The notes: generated from the letters alone by a model not told the origin. DNA of 64,000 nt from an uncultured candidate division Zixibacteria bacterium (GCA_963806185.1 CAWDXE010000003.1:160001-224000), one strand, 5' to 3'; shown: positions 20,828 to 29,753, counted from the first letter of the stretch. Program-made: numbers and translations.

Positions 20828-21760
20828 TTAGCAGGCGCCTCGGCCGGTAAAGACGACCACCACTGTACGCATCAGGATTCGGATATCGGATACAACCGAC
20901 CAGGTCCGAATGTAATGCAGGTCGAAGCGGACTTTTTCGGCGACACTGGCCAAGGAGGTATCGTAGCCGTTTTCAACCTGGGCCAAACCGGTCAGGCCGG
21001 GCTTGACCATCAGGCGGTGCGGGTATTCATCAATCTTTGTGGCCAGCTCTCGCACGAAGGAGGGGCGTTCCGGGCGCGGGCCGACGAGCGACATATCCCC
21101 CTTGAGGACACTGATGAACTGCGGGATTTCGTCAAGACGCGCCTTGCGCATGAACCGCCCGAAACGCGTGATGCGCGGATCGTTCTTGCTGGCCCAGACA
21201 GGGCCGGAAACCTTCTCGGCATCCTGCACCATAGTACGAAACTTAATCATGGTGAAAGGCTTGCCGAAGAAATCTTCGTGGCGGCGATCGGCATCACGTC
21301 GGTTTTCAGCGCCGGTCTTTTGGCACATACGCCGATCGTTCTTGCGACGATTTACGCCCACCCGGGCCTGGGTATAAAATACGGGGCCTCGCGAATCGAG
21401 CTTGATCAATATCGGCAGGACAAGGAAGAAAGGAATCGACAGCAGCAGTCCCACTGTCGCGCCCAGAATATCCAACGTACGTTTCATTCCGCGACCAATA
21501 GCAGCTATGAGGCCTCCCTGACGAGTAATCCAGACAGGGACGGCCAGAATGTATACAGTCGAGAGAAGAATAAACAGCAGACCCGACAACTCGCCAAGCA
21601 AAAACTTGGCGCGATCAGCCAGACCGGCAGGAGCAATTACAACGGGAGTTCGGAGACGCGCGGCATCCACTCCGACCGCCGAGCCGTAATGTGCGTGCTG
21701 GGCGTTAAGAGCGACAGAGTGTTCGTTACCAAGACTCAGGTTGTCAGTATTATGATTCAT
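20828..21760 (-). CDS. priming sugar transferase (Bac_transf, WcaJ/EpsE-like phosphoglycosyl transferase)
   Basis: KRTLDI, DSRGPVFYTQARVG, KFRTM, NDPRITRFG, LDEIPQ, GDMSLVGPRPERP, KPGLTGLAQV. Confidence 0.92.
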   Translation of the reverse strand: MNHNTDNLSLGNEHSVALNAQHAHYGSAVGVDAARLRTPVVIAPAGLADRAKFLLGELSGLLFILLSTVYILAVPVWITRQGGLIAAIGRGMKRTLDILGATVGLLLSIPFFLVLPILIKLDSRGPVFYTQARVGVNRRKNDRRMCQKTGAENRRDADRRHEDFFGKPFTMIKFRTMVQDAEKVSGPVWASKNDPRITRFGRFMRKARLDEIPQFISVLKGDMSLVGPRPERPSFVRELATKIDEYPHRLMVKPGLTGLAQVENGYDTSLASVAEKVRFDLHYIRTWSVVSDIRILMRTVVVVFTGRGAC

Positions 21761-21820
21761 CAATATCCCTAAATTACCAGGTCAGTCGGAGTGCTTTCAT
21801 CTCGTACGCGGCCAAGAAAA

Positions 21821-21837
21821 AGCAAAGCCATTGCCAA
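21821..21837 (-). promoter_or_regulatory. sigma54 (-24/-12) promoter of the sugar transferase
   Basis: TTGGCAATGGCTTTGCT: GG-N10-GC. Confidence 0.65.
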
Positions 21838-22077
21838 GTGCCCAAGATTCTGGATCAAATCAGGATCTTGCTCAAACAATTTTGTGGACAGGTAAGATGT
21901 TGTACGATAGCGCATTATTCCCTAATCATCACCCACAAGGTCGACGTGGAATCATGATACTGGCGCTGGAGGAGCCCTCGGAACATGGTGTGGGGGGGTG
22001 ATCCGCACAAATGTTGCAAGCGCTTGCGCAAATCTTTGCATTGTCGGCGGACGCGAGTAACCTCCGTTGCAAACCAG

Positions 22078-22105
22078 AAAAAAGTGGGCTTAGGCGAGCC
22101 CACTT
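22078..22105 (-). terminator. intrinsic terminator after the PorV-like gene
   Basis: AAGTGGGCT-CGCCTA-AGCCCACTT plus a T-run. Confidence 0.8.
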
Positions 22106-22129
22106 ATCCATAACATCGTGTATCCGGAT

Positions 22130-23068
22130 TTAGAAACGGAAGGCCAATGAGAAGCGATGCAGCTCTTCGGAAAGCTGCTGATCACCAAGCGTGAAGGCAT
22201 AGTCGATACCGGCGTTGCCGAGCTTCACACCAGCACCGAGGGAGAATCCGGAGCCGAGCGAACGTCCATCCTGGCTGGGATGAAGTCCGACGCCACCGCG
22301 AACGAAATATTGATCCCGGAAGCCGACTTCGACACCCTGATGGACGGTGAGGTCACCGTAAAACGACTTGTTGATTTCAAGCGCGGCGAGCACGTTATCA
22401 CCAAACGGCGTCACACCGATACCCAACCGTACTTCGGAGGGGAGTTTCTCCGACTCTTGATCGAATTTCAGACTGGAGCCGACGTTGCTGACGGCACCCG
22501 CCAGCACCACGCGACCGGCCGAATATTTGAACCCAAAATCACCGGCAAAGCCGACCGCGGAATAGGTGGCCAGCTTCTGGGTGATCACTTTACCCGTTAC
22601 GCCGATTGTCATCCGGTCGCTGACAGCGTAGCCGACAGAGACGCCTCCCGCCATGTCGTACGCGGAGATATCGCCCGTAGAAACGCCGGCGTCATCGTAT
22701 CCATCGATCTTGCCATAGTTCACATATGTGATGGCGAAGCCCAAGCCGACGCGATCAGATACTGGTATGGCCATCGCCCCTTGCTCAAGAGAAATGTCCT
22801 GGTACCAGAGGAAATGGCTCAGCGCGACTTCCTTACGATCCAGTTGAGCCAGACCGGCCGGATTCCAGTACGCGGCATAGGCACCCTCAGAAACGGCAGT
22901 GAAGGCCCCGCCAAAACCGGCTGACCTGGCACCGTAGCCCACGGTCAGGAAATCGGCAGCGGTTTGCCCGGCATTCGAAGCGGCAAATGAGACTCGGCCA
23001 AAGCAAGCAACGAGTATGAGCAGAATCGCCCAACTCACGAGTATTCTATTGATTGTCCGCTTTTGCAT
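22130..23068 (-). CDS. PorV/PorQ family (UPF0164) outer-membrane beta-barrel
   Basis: Signal peptide, FLTVGYGARSAGFGGAFTA, AYWNPAGLA, IDYAF, terminal HRFSLAFRF. Confidence 0.85.
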   Translation of the reverse strand: MQKRTINRILVSWAILLILVACFGRVSFAASNAGQTAADFLTVGYGARSAGFGGAFTAVSEGAYAAYWNPAGLAQLDRKEVALSHFLWYQDISLEQGAMAIPVSDRVGLGFAITYVNYGKIDGYDDAGVSTGDISAYDMAGGVSVGYAVSDRMTIGVTGKVITQKLATYSAVGFAGDFGFKYSAGRVVLAGAVSNVGSSLKFDQESEKLPSEVRLGIGVTPFGDNVLAALEINKSFYGDLTVHQGVEVGFRDQYFVRGGVGLHPSQDGRSLGSGFSLGAGVKLGNAGIDYAFTLGDQQLSEELHRFSLAFRF

Positions 23069-23108
23069 TGCATCCCCTTCCCTGCGTCACTGTTTTGCCC
23101 AGAATTAT

Positions 23109-23124
23109 TGCAATGCCAGTGCCG
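23109..23124 (-). promoter_or_regulatory. sigma54 (-24/-12) promoter of the PorV-like gene
   Basis: CGGCACTGGCATTGCA is a near-consensus YGGCAC-N5-TTGCA. Confidence 0.7.
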
Positions 23125-23226
23125 GAAGGGGACGTTTGAGAGGATACTTGCGGCCTGACCATCCAGTGTCCAACGTCCATGCTACCTATTGCCGTCCAAT
23201 GGCTTGGGAATCTCGGAGAAATCGCT

Positions 23227-23441
23227 GAGGGATGGCTCCGGCCGATTCCCGATTGCCTATGCTGCCCGCTTTGGCAGTCGTTTGTTCAGTCGGGCATCAG
23301 CAGGACCCGCGAGTAGGCTCGTCGACTCCCCTAGTACCTTGGTGGATTGACAGTTAGTCGACCCTGTGCGAACCTTGCCCAACTTATTCGTATTGTCGGA
23401 AGAATGACCACCTTGCTTAGCCCGATTATGGCCATCTCCCC
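23227..23441 (-). ncRNA. candidate rod-shaped ncRNA (6S RNA-like)
   Basis: Nested helices by eye: GGGGAGATGGC/GCCATCCCTC, GGTGGTC/GACTGCC, AGTTGGGCA/TGCCCGACT, AGGTTCGC/GCGGGTCCT, GTCGACT/AGTCGAC. G-U pairs favour the minus strand. Preceded by a sigma70 promoter. Confidence 0.5.
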
Positions 23442-23459
23442 ACACAATTTTTGCAGGGG

Positions 23460-23488
23460 AGCATAGACAAACACTGCGGACAAAGCAA
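23460..23488 (-). promoter_or_regulatory. sigma70 promoter upstream of the candidate ncRNA
   Basis: TTGCTT-N17-TATGCT. Confidence 0.55.
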
Positions 23489-23586
23489 CAAAAACAGACC
23501 GAAAAGTCGTGAAAAGTACGTCTTGATGGGTATTCGGGGGGGGGGAAGATGCTTACGGGACGCCAAGGGCGAATCGGAGAGTGGAT

Positions 23587-24009
23587 CTAACTAGTCTTAG
23601 TTGGCTTGCGCTGCTTGGGCAACCAGTTCTCTTTGATGTATTTCTCAGCTTCGGCCATCGTCCGGAAAGTCATGGCCACTTCCTTTACGCCCCCCTTGGC
23701 GAACATCTGATTGAGTTGACGAAAGGTGGACGAATTGTTGAGCACATAGATTGACAAGGCACAATCGTTCTTCACCGACCAATCCATATGCTTGCCGATG
23801 ACATCAACGACTTCGGGGTAAGAGGTTTTCCAATTCGAGAGATCGATCAGCTTCGCCCACGGTTTACCAAGCAACGGTTGAAGGGCTGCCTTGAAGTCGG
23901 CATGGTACGATTCGGCCGCATCTTCTTTCCAGAGTCCGAAGATCTTGGCGTAGATGATCTGGTTGTCGGTGTCGACATCGATGGAGTATTCGAGGCGCCA
24001 GCTTGTCAT
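23587..24009 (-). CDS. small hypothetical protein (STAS/SEC14- or SpoIIAA-like alpha/beta fold)
   Basis: 140 aa from ATG 24009. The pattern IIYAKIFGLW...LIDLSNWK...TFRTMAEAEKYI resembles SpoIIAA-like proteins. Confidence 0.65.
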   Translation of the reverse strand: MTSWRLEYSIDVDTDNQIIYAKIFGLWKEDAAESYHADFKAALQPLLGKPWAKLIDLSNWKTSYPEVVDVIGKHMDWSVKNDCALSIYVLNNSSTFRQLNQMFAKGGVKEVAMTFRTMAEAEKYIKENWLPKQRKPTKTS

Positions 24010-24164
24010 ATTCTCAGCCGTTGCTAGTGTGCTATTCGATTGTAGAGAATGTCCCGCCCGATGAGGACAACATAGAGTGATGAGCTGCAGTGCGCAAGCG
24101 AAAATTGCAGCCCGCCCGTCGCCCCGGCCCATTTCCCGGGCCTGGGCGACGTCAGTTTCGAACA

Positions 24165-26111
24165 TCAGTAGAGGTGCGCGACGGTGCGAACCGAAATCGT
24201 ACGGCCCACGGACGGATAGTCGCCATCGGTCAGGCTGAAGCCGAACTGATCCGGTCGTCGCTGATCGGTAATATCGGACAAGATCAACGCGACCGTCATG
24301 TATTTGATCACGGCGGCAGACACGGAGCCACCCAATTCGTACACCGATGAGATGATTTTGGTATCGTTCGACATTTGAATGGTGCGTCGACCGGTGTAAG
24401 TGAGACCGGCGCTGAACTCAACGCGCGGTTGAGCCTGCCACGCGGCGTCAAGCCGCCATTTCAGTTTGGGAATGTAGAAAGCGGACACATCGTCACTAGT
24501 GCCGGCCGACTGCCGCGCCGACTGCCAAACGCCCGACCACGACAGATGCCAGTACGAGGTCGGGCTGCAAACGGCGCTAAAATCGACGCCGGTGGAGTGC
24601 ATGCGATCGACATTGGTAGGCACGTATTTATACGAGTTGGCGTCGAAGACGTATTGAATGAGCGAACTGACGGTACGATAGAACAGCGTGACGTCGCCAT
24701 GTCCCCATTGGTGGTCGGGAGCGACAGACAGTGTGGCAGCGAGTGCGCGGGACGTTTCGGGTTGAAGGTCGGGGTTGCCCTGGGTATAGGGGCCGGTCAC
24801 AAATTGATCAGCGATCGAAGGCAGACGGAAGGCGTAGCCGTAGGCGATTCTCAACGTGAGATCGTGCAGAGGGCCGAGGATCACGCCGAGATCGTACGAC
24901 GGCTGCGTCTCGCGGTCTTTGACCAACTGGAGTCGGCCGCTAAGATCGAAAGACATCTGTTGAGTCGCCGCGAGGTTGGCGGCACTCCACACATCTATCT
25001 GCTCCTGTTGTTTCTCCCACGAGCTTGCTGAGACGCCGTAATCGCTGGAGTCGTACGATGATTCGCGCACGGATCCGGAGAGAAAGTCAACGCCCGACGA
25101 AAACGAGTGCCGGTCAATCAGGCGTTGCAGTCGTGCACCGAAGCCGGACGAGCGATGCCGGGACTTCGATTCGGTGAGACTCGCGAGAGTGTACTCGGCA
25201 AAGTAGTTCACTTCCTTGCGCTCCCAGAAGCCGTCGACTTGCGCGGAGAATGTCGTCGTCAGATTGTACCGGTACTGGGCATCAACGGCGTACTTCCGAT
25301 CTGTTTGGTGATCAAATAGACTGCTTGATTCGGCATTACCCACGTCGGGGATCATAGCCGGGTTAGGGAGCGGACCCGGAATTCCGACGGAATCATCGAG
25401 CAGTCGACCGCTCAGGCGCAGCATATGGCGGCCGTCAGCAGAGAGATAATCGCTTCGCAATCCGGCAATGAGCCGCTCGGCCCCTGCGTTGGCTCGCCGA
25501 TTGTCGCTTGACGCCAAATCGGCAAAGCCGCCGACGCCGGCAGTTCCAAGGTTCTTCGCGACGTCCACACGGAATTGGCGGGTATTAAGAGAGCCGAAGC
25601 GGGTGGCGACATTCAGACGATCGAGCAGGGTCGACGGCGTGATGAGATTGATGACGCCCGCGACGGCGTCCGAGCCGTAAAAGGCGGATTGCGGCCCCTT
25701 TAGAAATTCGACGCGGGAGAATTCATCGGCGCTGTAATCCCCCAGATTGAAGCCGCCGAGCGAATAGTCACGAACCGGTCGACCGTCGTAGAGCAGCAGC
25801 ACATGGCGGGCAAGCGCACCCCAACTGGAGAGTGTCGCCAACGATCCAAGACCGGAATAGTTGCGGATATCCGCGCCCCCGACACCATCGATCGCCTGAT
25901 CGAGACTTGGAGCGACTGACAGGCGTGCTTCGGTGACGATCCTGGCCGGCCAGATTGTTTTCTCGACTGGCAAGCCGAAGCGATTCGCCGTGACGACAAT
26001 CGTGTCGGGGAGTTGGTACACCGATGAATCGGTGGAGCTGGGGGTGATCGCCTGGGGTCCCGTCGCACCCAGAAGAAGCCCGGCCAGCGCGCAAAAGAAA
26101 ACGCGCTTCAT
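24165..26111 (-). CDS. btuB: TonB-dependent receptor, probable cobalamin transporter
   Basis: TonB box DTIVVTANR, plug motif RVEFLKGPQSAFYGSDAVAGVINLIT, GNPDLQPETS. Downstream of a cobalamin riboswitch. Confidence 0.85.
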   Translation of the reverse strand: MKRVFFCALAGLLLGATGPQAITPSSTDSSVYQLPDTIVVTANRFGLPVEKTIWPARIVTEARLSVAPSLDQAIDGVGGADIRNYSGLGSLATLSSWGALARHVLLLYDGRPVRDYSLGGFNLGDYSADEFSRVEFLKGPQSAFYGSDAVAGVINLITPSTLLDRLNVATRFGSLNTRQFRVDVAKNLGTAGVGGFADLASSDNRRANAGAERLIAGLRSDYLSADGRHMLRLSGRLLDDSVGIPGPLPNPAMIPDVGNAESSSLFDHQTDRKYAVDAQYRYNLTTTFSAQVDGFWERKEVNYFAEYTLASLTESKSRHRSSGFGARLQRLIDRHSFSSGVDFLSGSVRESSYDSSDYGVSASSWEKQQEQIDVWSAANLAATQQMSFDLSGRLQLVKDRETQPSYDLGVILGPLHDLTLRIAYGYAFRLPSIADQFVTGPYTQGNPDLQPETSRALAATLSVAPDHQWGHGDVTLFYRTVSSLIQYVFDANSYKYVPTNVDRMHSTGVDFSAVCSPTSYWHLSWSGVWQSARQSAGTSDDVSAFYIPKLKWRLDAAWQAQPRVEFSAGLTYTGRRTIQMSNDTKIISSVYELGGSVSAAVIKYMTVALILSDITDQRRPDQFGFSLTDGDYPSVGRTISVRTVAHLY

Positions 26112-26190
26112 AGAAGCCTCCGTTACGGCCGCCAGTCGCGCGAACAGTATCGCGTTGTCAGCCCGCGCCGACAGCCGATCGAATGATGAT

Positions 26191-26349
26191 GTTACGGCAG
26201 GTCTCCTGGCTTAGGCATCGACCCTGACCGAGCGCCTTCCCCGGTTGCCCGAGTGGCATCTGGCTCTGTCAGTAGCCCTTACAGTAGCGGGGCTGCGACG
26301 GCTTTGCACCGTCTTCCCTATTATCCGTCCCGCTGGACGGCACCGCAAC
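26191..26349 (-). ncRNA. cobalamin (AdoCbl) riboswitch
   Basis: GGTGC...AATAGGGAAGACGGTGCAAAGCCGTCGCAGCCCCGCTACTGTAA...GCCACTCGG...GGGAAGGC...AAGCCAGGAGACCTGCC (B12 box). Confidence 0.95.
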
Positions 26350-26361
26350 TTTGTCGATAAT

Positions 26362-26390
26362 AATCTGTGTGGTATGAGCGTATCTGTCAA
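26362..26390 (-). promoter_or_regulatory. sigma70 promoter for the riboswitch-btuB transcript
   Basis: TTGACA-N17-CAGATT just upstream of the aptamer. Confidence 0.5.
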
Positions 26391-26500
26391 GCGATACCGC
26401 ACACAAAGTGACTGCGCACGAAAAACAAATAAACGTTGCATCCCTCTCGAGCCGTCTATTATGATGAATCCGTAGTCCAATCCAGTCCGGGAGACATACC

Positions 26501-27790
26501 ATGAAACAGGTCTTATTCTTACTTTGTGTGCTCGCAGTCACGTTTGCGGGCTGCGCCGAGGAAGCGGTCACGCCGCCGCCGACTGCGCCAATAGTCGAAC
26601 CGCCGCTTCGTACAGTGAGTGAATTGACCACCGATGAATCGGGCTTGGTGGATGCCGCCAACAAGTTCGGATTCGATCTATTCCAGAGAATCATTGCAGC
26701 GGAGCCGGTGGACAAGAATGTGTTTATCTCCCCCCTGTCGGCGTCATATGCGCTGGCGATGGCCTACAACGGGGCCGATGGAACAACGCGTGAAGCTATG
26801 GCTCAGACCCTGCGGATAAACGGCATGGATGTCAAGGCAGCCAACATTGCCTACCAGCAGCTGACTCGAATTCTCATGAATACCGATTCGACGGTGAGTT
26901 TCTCCATTGCGAATGCGATCTGGTATCGATTGGGGACACCCGTAAATCCAGCTTACGTCACGACGATGGAATCATTCTTCCGGGCGAGGGTGACGGGACT
27001 CGATTTTGCGCTACCGGCGGCGGCGGACACAATCAACAATTGGGCGAGCAAAGAGACCAACGGGAAGATTACCAAAGTGGTCGAGCCGCCGCTCGATCCG
27101 AACATCGTTTTCATGCTGATGAATGCGATTTATTTCAAGGGAGCGTGGACCTATCCATTTGACGAGAAAGAGACGGTACCATGGTGGTTCGCGACGGAGA
27201 CCGGCGATACAGTCAGCACGTCCCTGATGCGAAAGCACGGACAAGTCGACTGGCAACTCTTCCCGGGGTCGGGAGCGGACTTGCTGTCACTGGAGAATGA
27301 CACGTTATCCATGATTTCTCTCCCCTATGGTCAGAAGAATTTTCAGATGGCGGTTATCTGTCCCGATTCCAGTATCACCTCAGCCGAATTGATCCAGCTC
27401 ATGACGCCGGAGAAGTGGCAGCAATGGCTTACTCTCCTGCATGGAGGCGACTTTTCGCTGGTCATGCCGAAATTCCGTGTCAAGTATGATATCATGATGA
27501 ATGATATGCTGAAGGCCATGGGCATGGACATTGCGTTTGGTGGGGGCGCGGATTTTAGCAACCTGACCACAACGCCTGCTTCATTCTTTATCAGTGCAGT
27601 GAAGCAAGATGCCTTTGTGCAGGTCGACGAAAAAGGGACAGAGGCGGCGGCTGTGACGACCGTAATCATTTCCACGGGGCTTCCGCCGCAGATTATCTGC
27701 AACCGCCCGTTCGTCTATGTCATTTATGAGAAAACATCAGGAGCAATCCTCTTTATGGGTCGGCTGGGGCGGCCGGAGTGGGAAGAGTAG
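26501..27790 (+). CDS. serpin family lipoprotein (serine protease inhibitor)
   Basis: Lipobox FAGC, NVFISPLS, INNWASKETNGKI, NAIYFKGAW, hinge VDEKGTEAAAVT, NRPFVYVI, ILFMGR. Confidence 0.93.
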   Translation: MKQVLFLLCVLAVTFAGCAEEAVTPPPTAPIVEPPLRTVSELTTDESGLVDAANKFGFDLFQRIIAAEPVDKNVFISPLSASYALAMAYNGADGTTREAMAQTLRINGMDVKAANIAYQQLTRILMNTDSTVSFSIANAIWYRLGTPVNPAYVTTMESFFRARVTGLDFALPAAADTINNWASKETNGKITKVVEPPLDPNIVFMLMNAIYFKGAWTYPFDEKETVPWWFATETGDTVSTSLMRKHGQVDWQLFPGSGADLLSLENDTLSMISLPYGQKNFQMAVICPDSSITSAELIQLMTPEKWQQWLTLLHGGDFSLVMPKFRVKYDIMMNDMLKAMGMDIAFGGGADFSNLTTTPASFFISAVKQDAFVQVDEKGTEAAAVTTVIISTGLPPQIICNRPFVYVIYEKTSGAILFMGRLGRPEWEE

Positions 27791-27857
27791 CGACGAGTGG
27801 CCAACCGAGTTGGTTCAAGAATCAATTGCATGAATCTAACCCGAATCACCTCGGCCG

Positions 27858-28397
27858 TTAATTCGCTCTCCCGAAGCGAAAGCACGCCAGCGCGCCGAAC
27901 ACATTCTCCTCGCGATTGAGATTCCCGAACACGGTCACCCCCACGCGCCAAAAATAGACTTGCGACTGCACTGCCAGTCCGACCTCGGACCCCGTCGACT
28001 TGTCGTCCGCCGATAACACGTCGCCAAACAGCGTATGACGCATCGAATACTTCACGCGGGAGATACGGATTGTACTGATCCCGCCCTCAATGGTCGCCGA
28101 TACCTTATCATCCGAGTATCGGGTTGAGAAACCCATCATCAGTGCGAATTCCTCAGTGTGATCGGTGAACCACGACATCGACTTGTCGTTCGATTCTGTC
28201 ATTACTCCCCTGGCCGATACGACATAGCCCTGAAATTTATAGGACAGATTCAGCCCTACAGCGAGACGGCCGCTGCCTGTTCCTATACCCCCGCTGCCGT
28301 AAAGACCGTCGATCGCGCCGGCGGTCATCGCCGTGACCAGCACCAGGACAAGTACGGTTCCCGTCACACGCACAGTTGAGACTACCCTGGAAATCAC
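27858..28397 (-). CDS. hypothetical exported protein, possible small outer-membrane beta-barrel
   Basis: Signal peptide and alternating-hydrophobic strands. GGAGG RBS before GTG. Confidence 0.6.
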   Translation of the reverse strand: MISRVVSTVRVTGTVLVLVLVTAMTAGAIDGLYGSGGIGTGSGRLAVGLNLSYKFQGYVVSARGVMTESNDKSMSWFTDHTEEFALMMGFSTRYSDDKVSATIEGGISTIRISRVKYSMRHTLFGDVLSADDKSTGSEVGLAVQSQVYFWRVGVTVFGNLNREENVFGALACFRFGRAN

Positions 28398-28483
28398 GGG
28401 TTAACCTCCTGTAAGTTGAATGACTAACCGAAAATACAAAAAGACTGTTCGGAGATAAACAGGCAAATCATTCGACTATGGGA

Positions 28484-29146
28484 CTATTCCTGCCACACAA
28501 ACCGGAACAGCAGATACGAGACGGTGATCATAATCACCGGATAGGCGACCAGAAACGGCAATAGGGCCGACAGGTCGGCAAAGGTGCGGCCGTCCAACAC
28601 CTTGTCGGTCACATTCACCAGCGCCAGCAAGAGCGGCACCATCACCGGGAACGACAAGACGGCGAACAGCGCCCCTTTGATAGCAGCTTTCGCAATTATT
28701 GCCGCCACCAGCGTAGTCGCGCTGCACAATCCAAACACACCAAACACCAGTACGAGCACGAAGGTCGGCCAGTTGGCGTCGGGTGCATTCAGAAACATGA
28801 AGAAAAAGGGAGTAATGACGATTGTGATGACGGTCAGCAACGTGAGATTGAACAGAAGTTTGCCGACATAGACCGCCTCCGGATCGGCGGTCAGCTTGAG
28901 AATAAGGGCCGTCCCGGCTTCTTCCTCGCGCACGAAGACCTGCGCCAAACCGGCGGTGGAAGCAAAGAACATAACGATCCAGAAGAGGGCCGCCAGGAGG
29001 TTTGACGGAAGGTTGGCGGCACCGAGCGAAATGGACACCATCACCAGCGTCGTGATGCCGAACATGAGAATGGTATTGAGCGCGTATTTGGAACGCAGCT
29101 CAAGTCGCATATCCTTGGCGTAGACAGCGAAGGCTCTACTGAGCAA
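28484..29146 (-). CDS. ccmB: heme exporter permease CcmB
   Basis: KDMRLELRSK, FVREEEAGT, GKLLFN, LFAVLSFPVMVPLL. Follows ccmA, TTG start overlapping the ccmA end. Confidence 0.88.
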   Translation of the reverse strand: MLSRAFAVYAKDMRLELRSKYALNTILMFGITTLVMVSISLGAANLPSNLLAALFWIVMFFASTAGLAQVFVREEEAGTALILKLTADPEAVYVGKLLFNLTLLTVITIVITPFFFMFLNAPDANWPTFVLVLVFGVFGLCSATTLVAAIIAKAAIKGALFAVLSFPVMVPLLLALVNVTDKVLDGRTFADLSALLPFLVAYPVIMITVSYLLFRFVWQE

Positions 29147-29753
29147 TTTCGCATCGCTTTGAGGCAAGGGCGTACTCTTCCTTTTCGTTGGTGGCAATCA
29201 CGACGATGGCCTTCTGACGGTACTCGTTGATCAGATCAAAGACCATCTGTTTGCCGACATCATCCAGATTCGCGGTTGGTTCGTCGAGAAACAGATACGC
29301 CGGACACTTCAACAGGGCGACGGCGTACTTAAGACGTTGCTTCATTCCCGAGGAGTAGGAACCGACCAGGTCGGCGCCTCGGCCCTCGAGCCCTACACGT
29401 ACCAGCAGGCTGTTAATCTCCTTGCCGGTTGTATGGCTGCCGTGAACGGATGAAAAGAACACCAGATTCTCTTCGGCGGTCAGTGTGTCGTAGAGATTGA
29501 TATAGGGCGCGACAAGTGAGGTTCTGCGGCGGACGGCATCTTCGTCGAGTTTCACCTCGTTTTCCTCGTACGTGATCGCACCATTGCTGGGGCGGTAGCC
29601 GCCCAAAAGCGTCATGACGAGCGTCGTCTTACCCGAACCGTTTCGGCCGACCACGGCGAGCGATTCGCCGGTGGCCAGATCAAACGCGATGTCACTGAAC
29701 ACTTTGCGGGAGCCGAATCGCTTGGCCAGTTTCTCGACGCGCAGGTGAAACAT
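29136..29753 (-). CDS. ccmA: heme exporter ABC ATPase CcmA
   Basis: Walker A GRNGSGKTT, signature YSSGMKQR, LFLDEPTANLD. Adjacent to ccmB. Confidence 0.85.
   Translation of the reverse strand: MFHLRVEKLAKRFGSRKVFSDIAFDLATGESLAVVGRNGSGKTTLVMTLLGGYRPSNGAITYEENEVKLDEDAVRRRTSLVAPYINLYDTLTAEENLVFFSSVHGSHTTGKEINSLLVRVGLEGRGADLVGSYSSGMKQRLKYAVALLKCPAYLFLDEPTANLDDVGKQMVFDLINEYRQKAIVVIATNEKEEYALASKRCEIAQ

Noticed and set aside
23257..23445. 62-aa ORF in the PorV upstream region
   Set aside because: No RBS and no protein-like features; the region is better explained by RNA structure.
24010..24165. N-terminal extension of the 23587 ORF coupled to the btuB stop
   Set aside because: The extension crosses a GC-rich hairpin and reads as non-protein-like; ATG 24009 is preferred.
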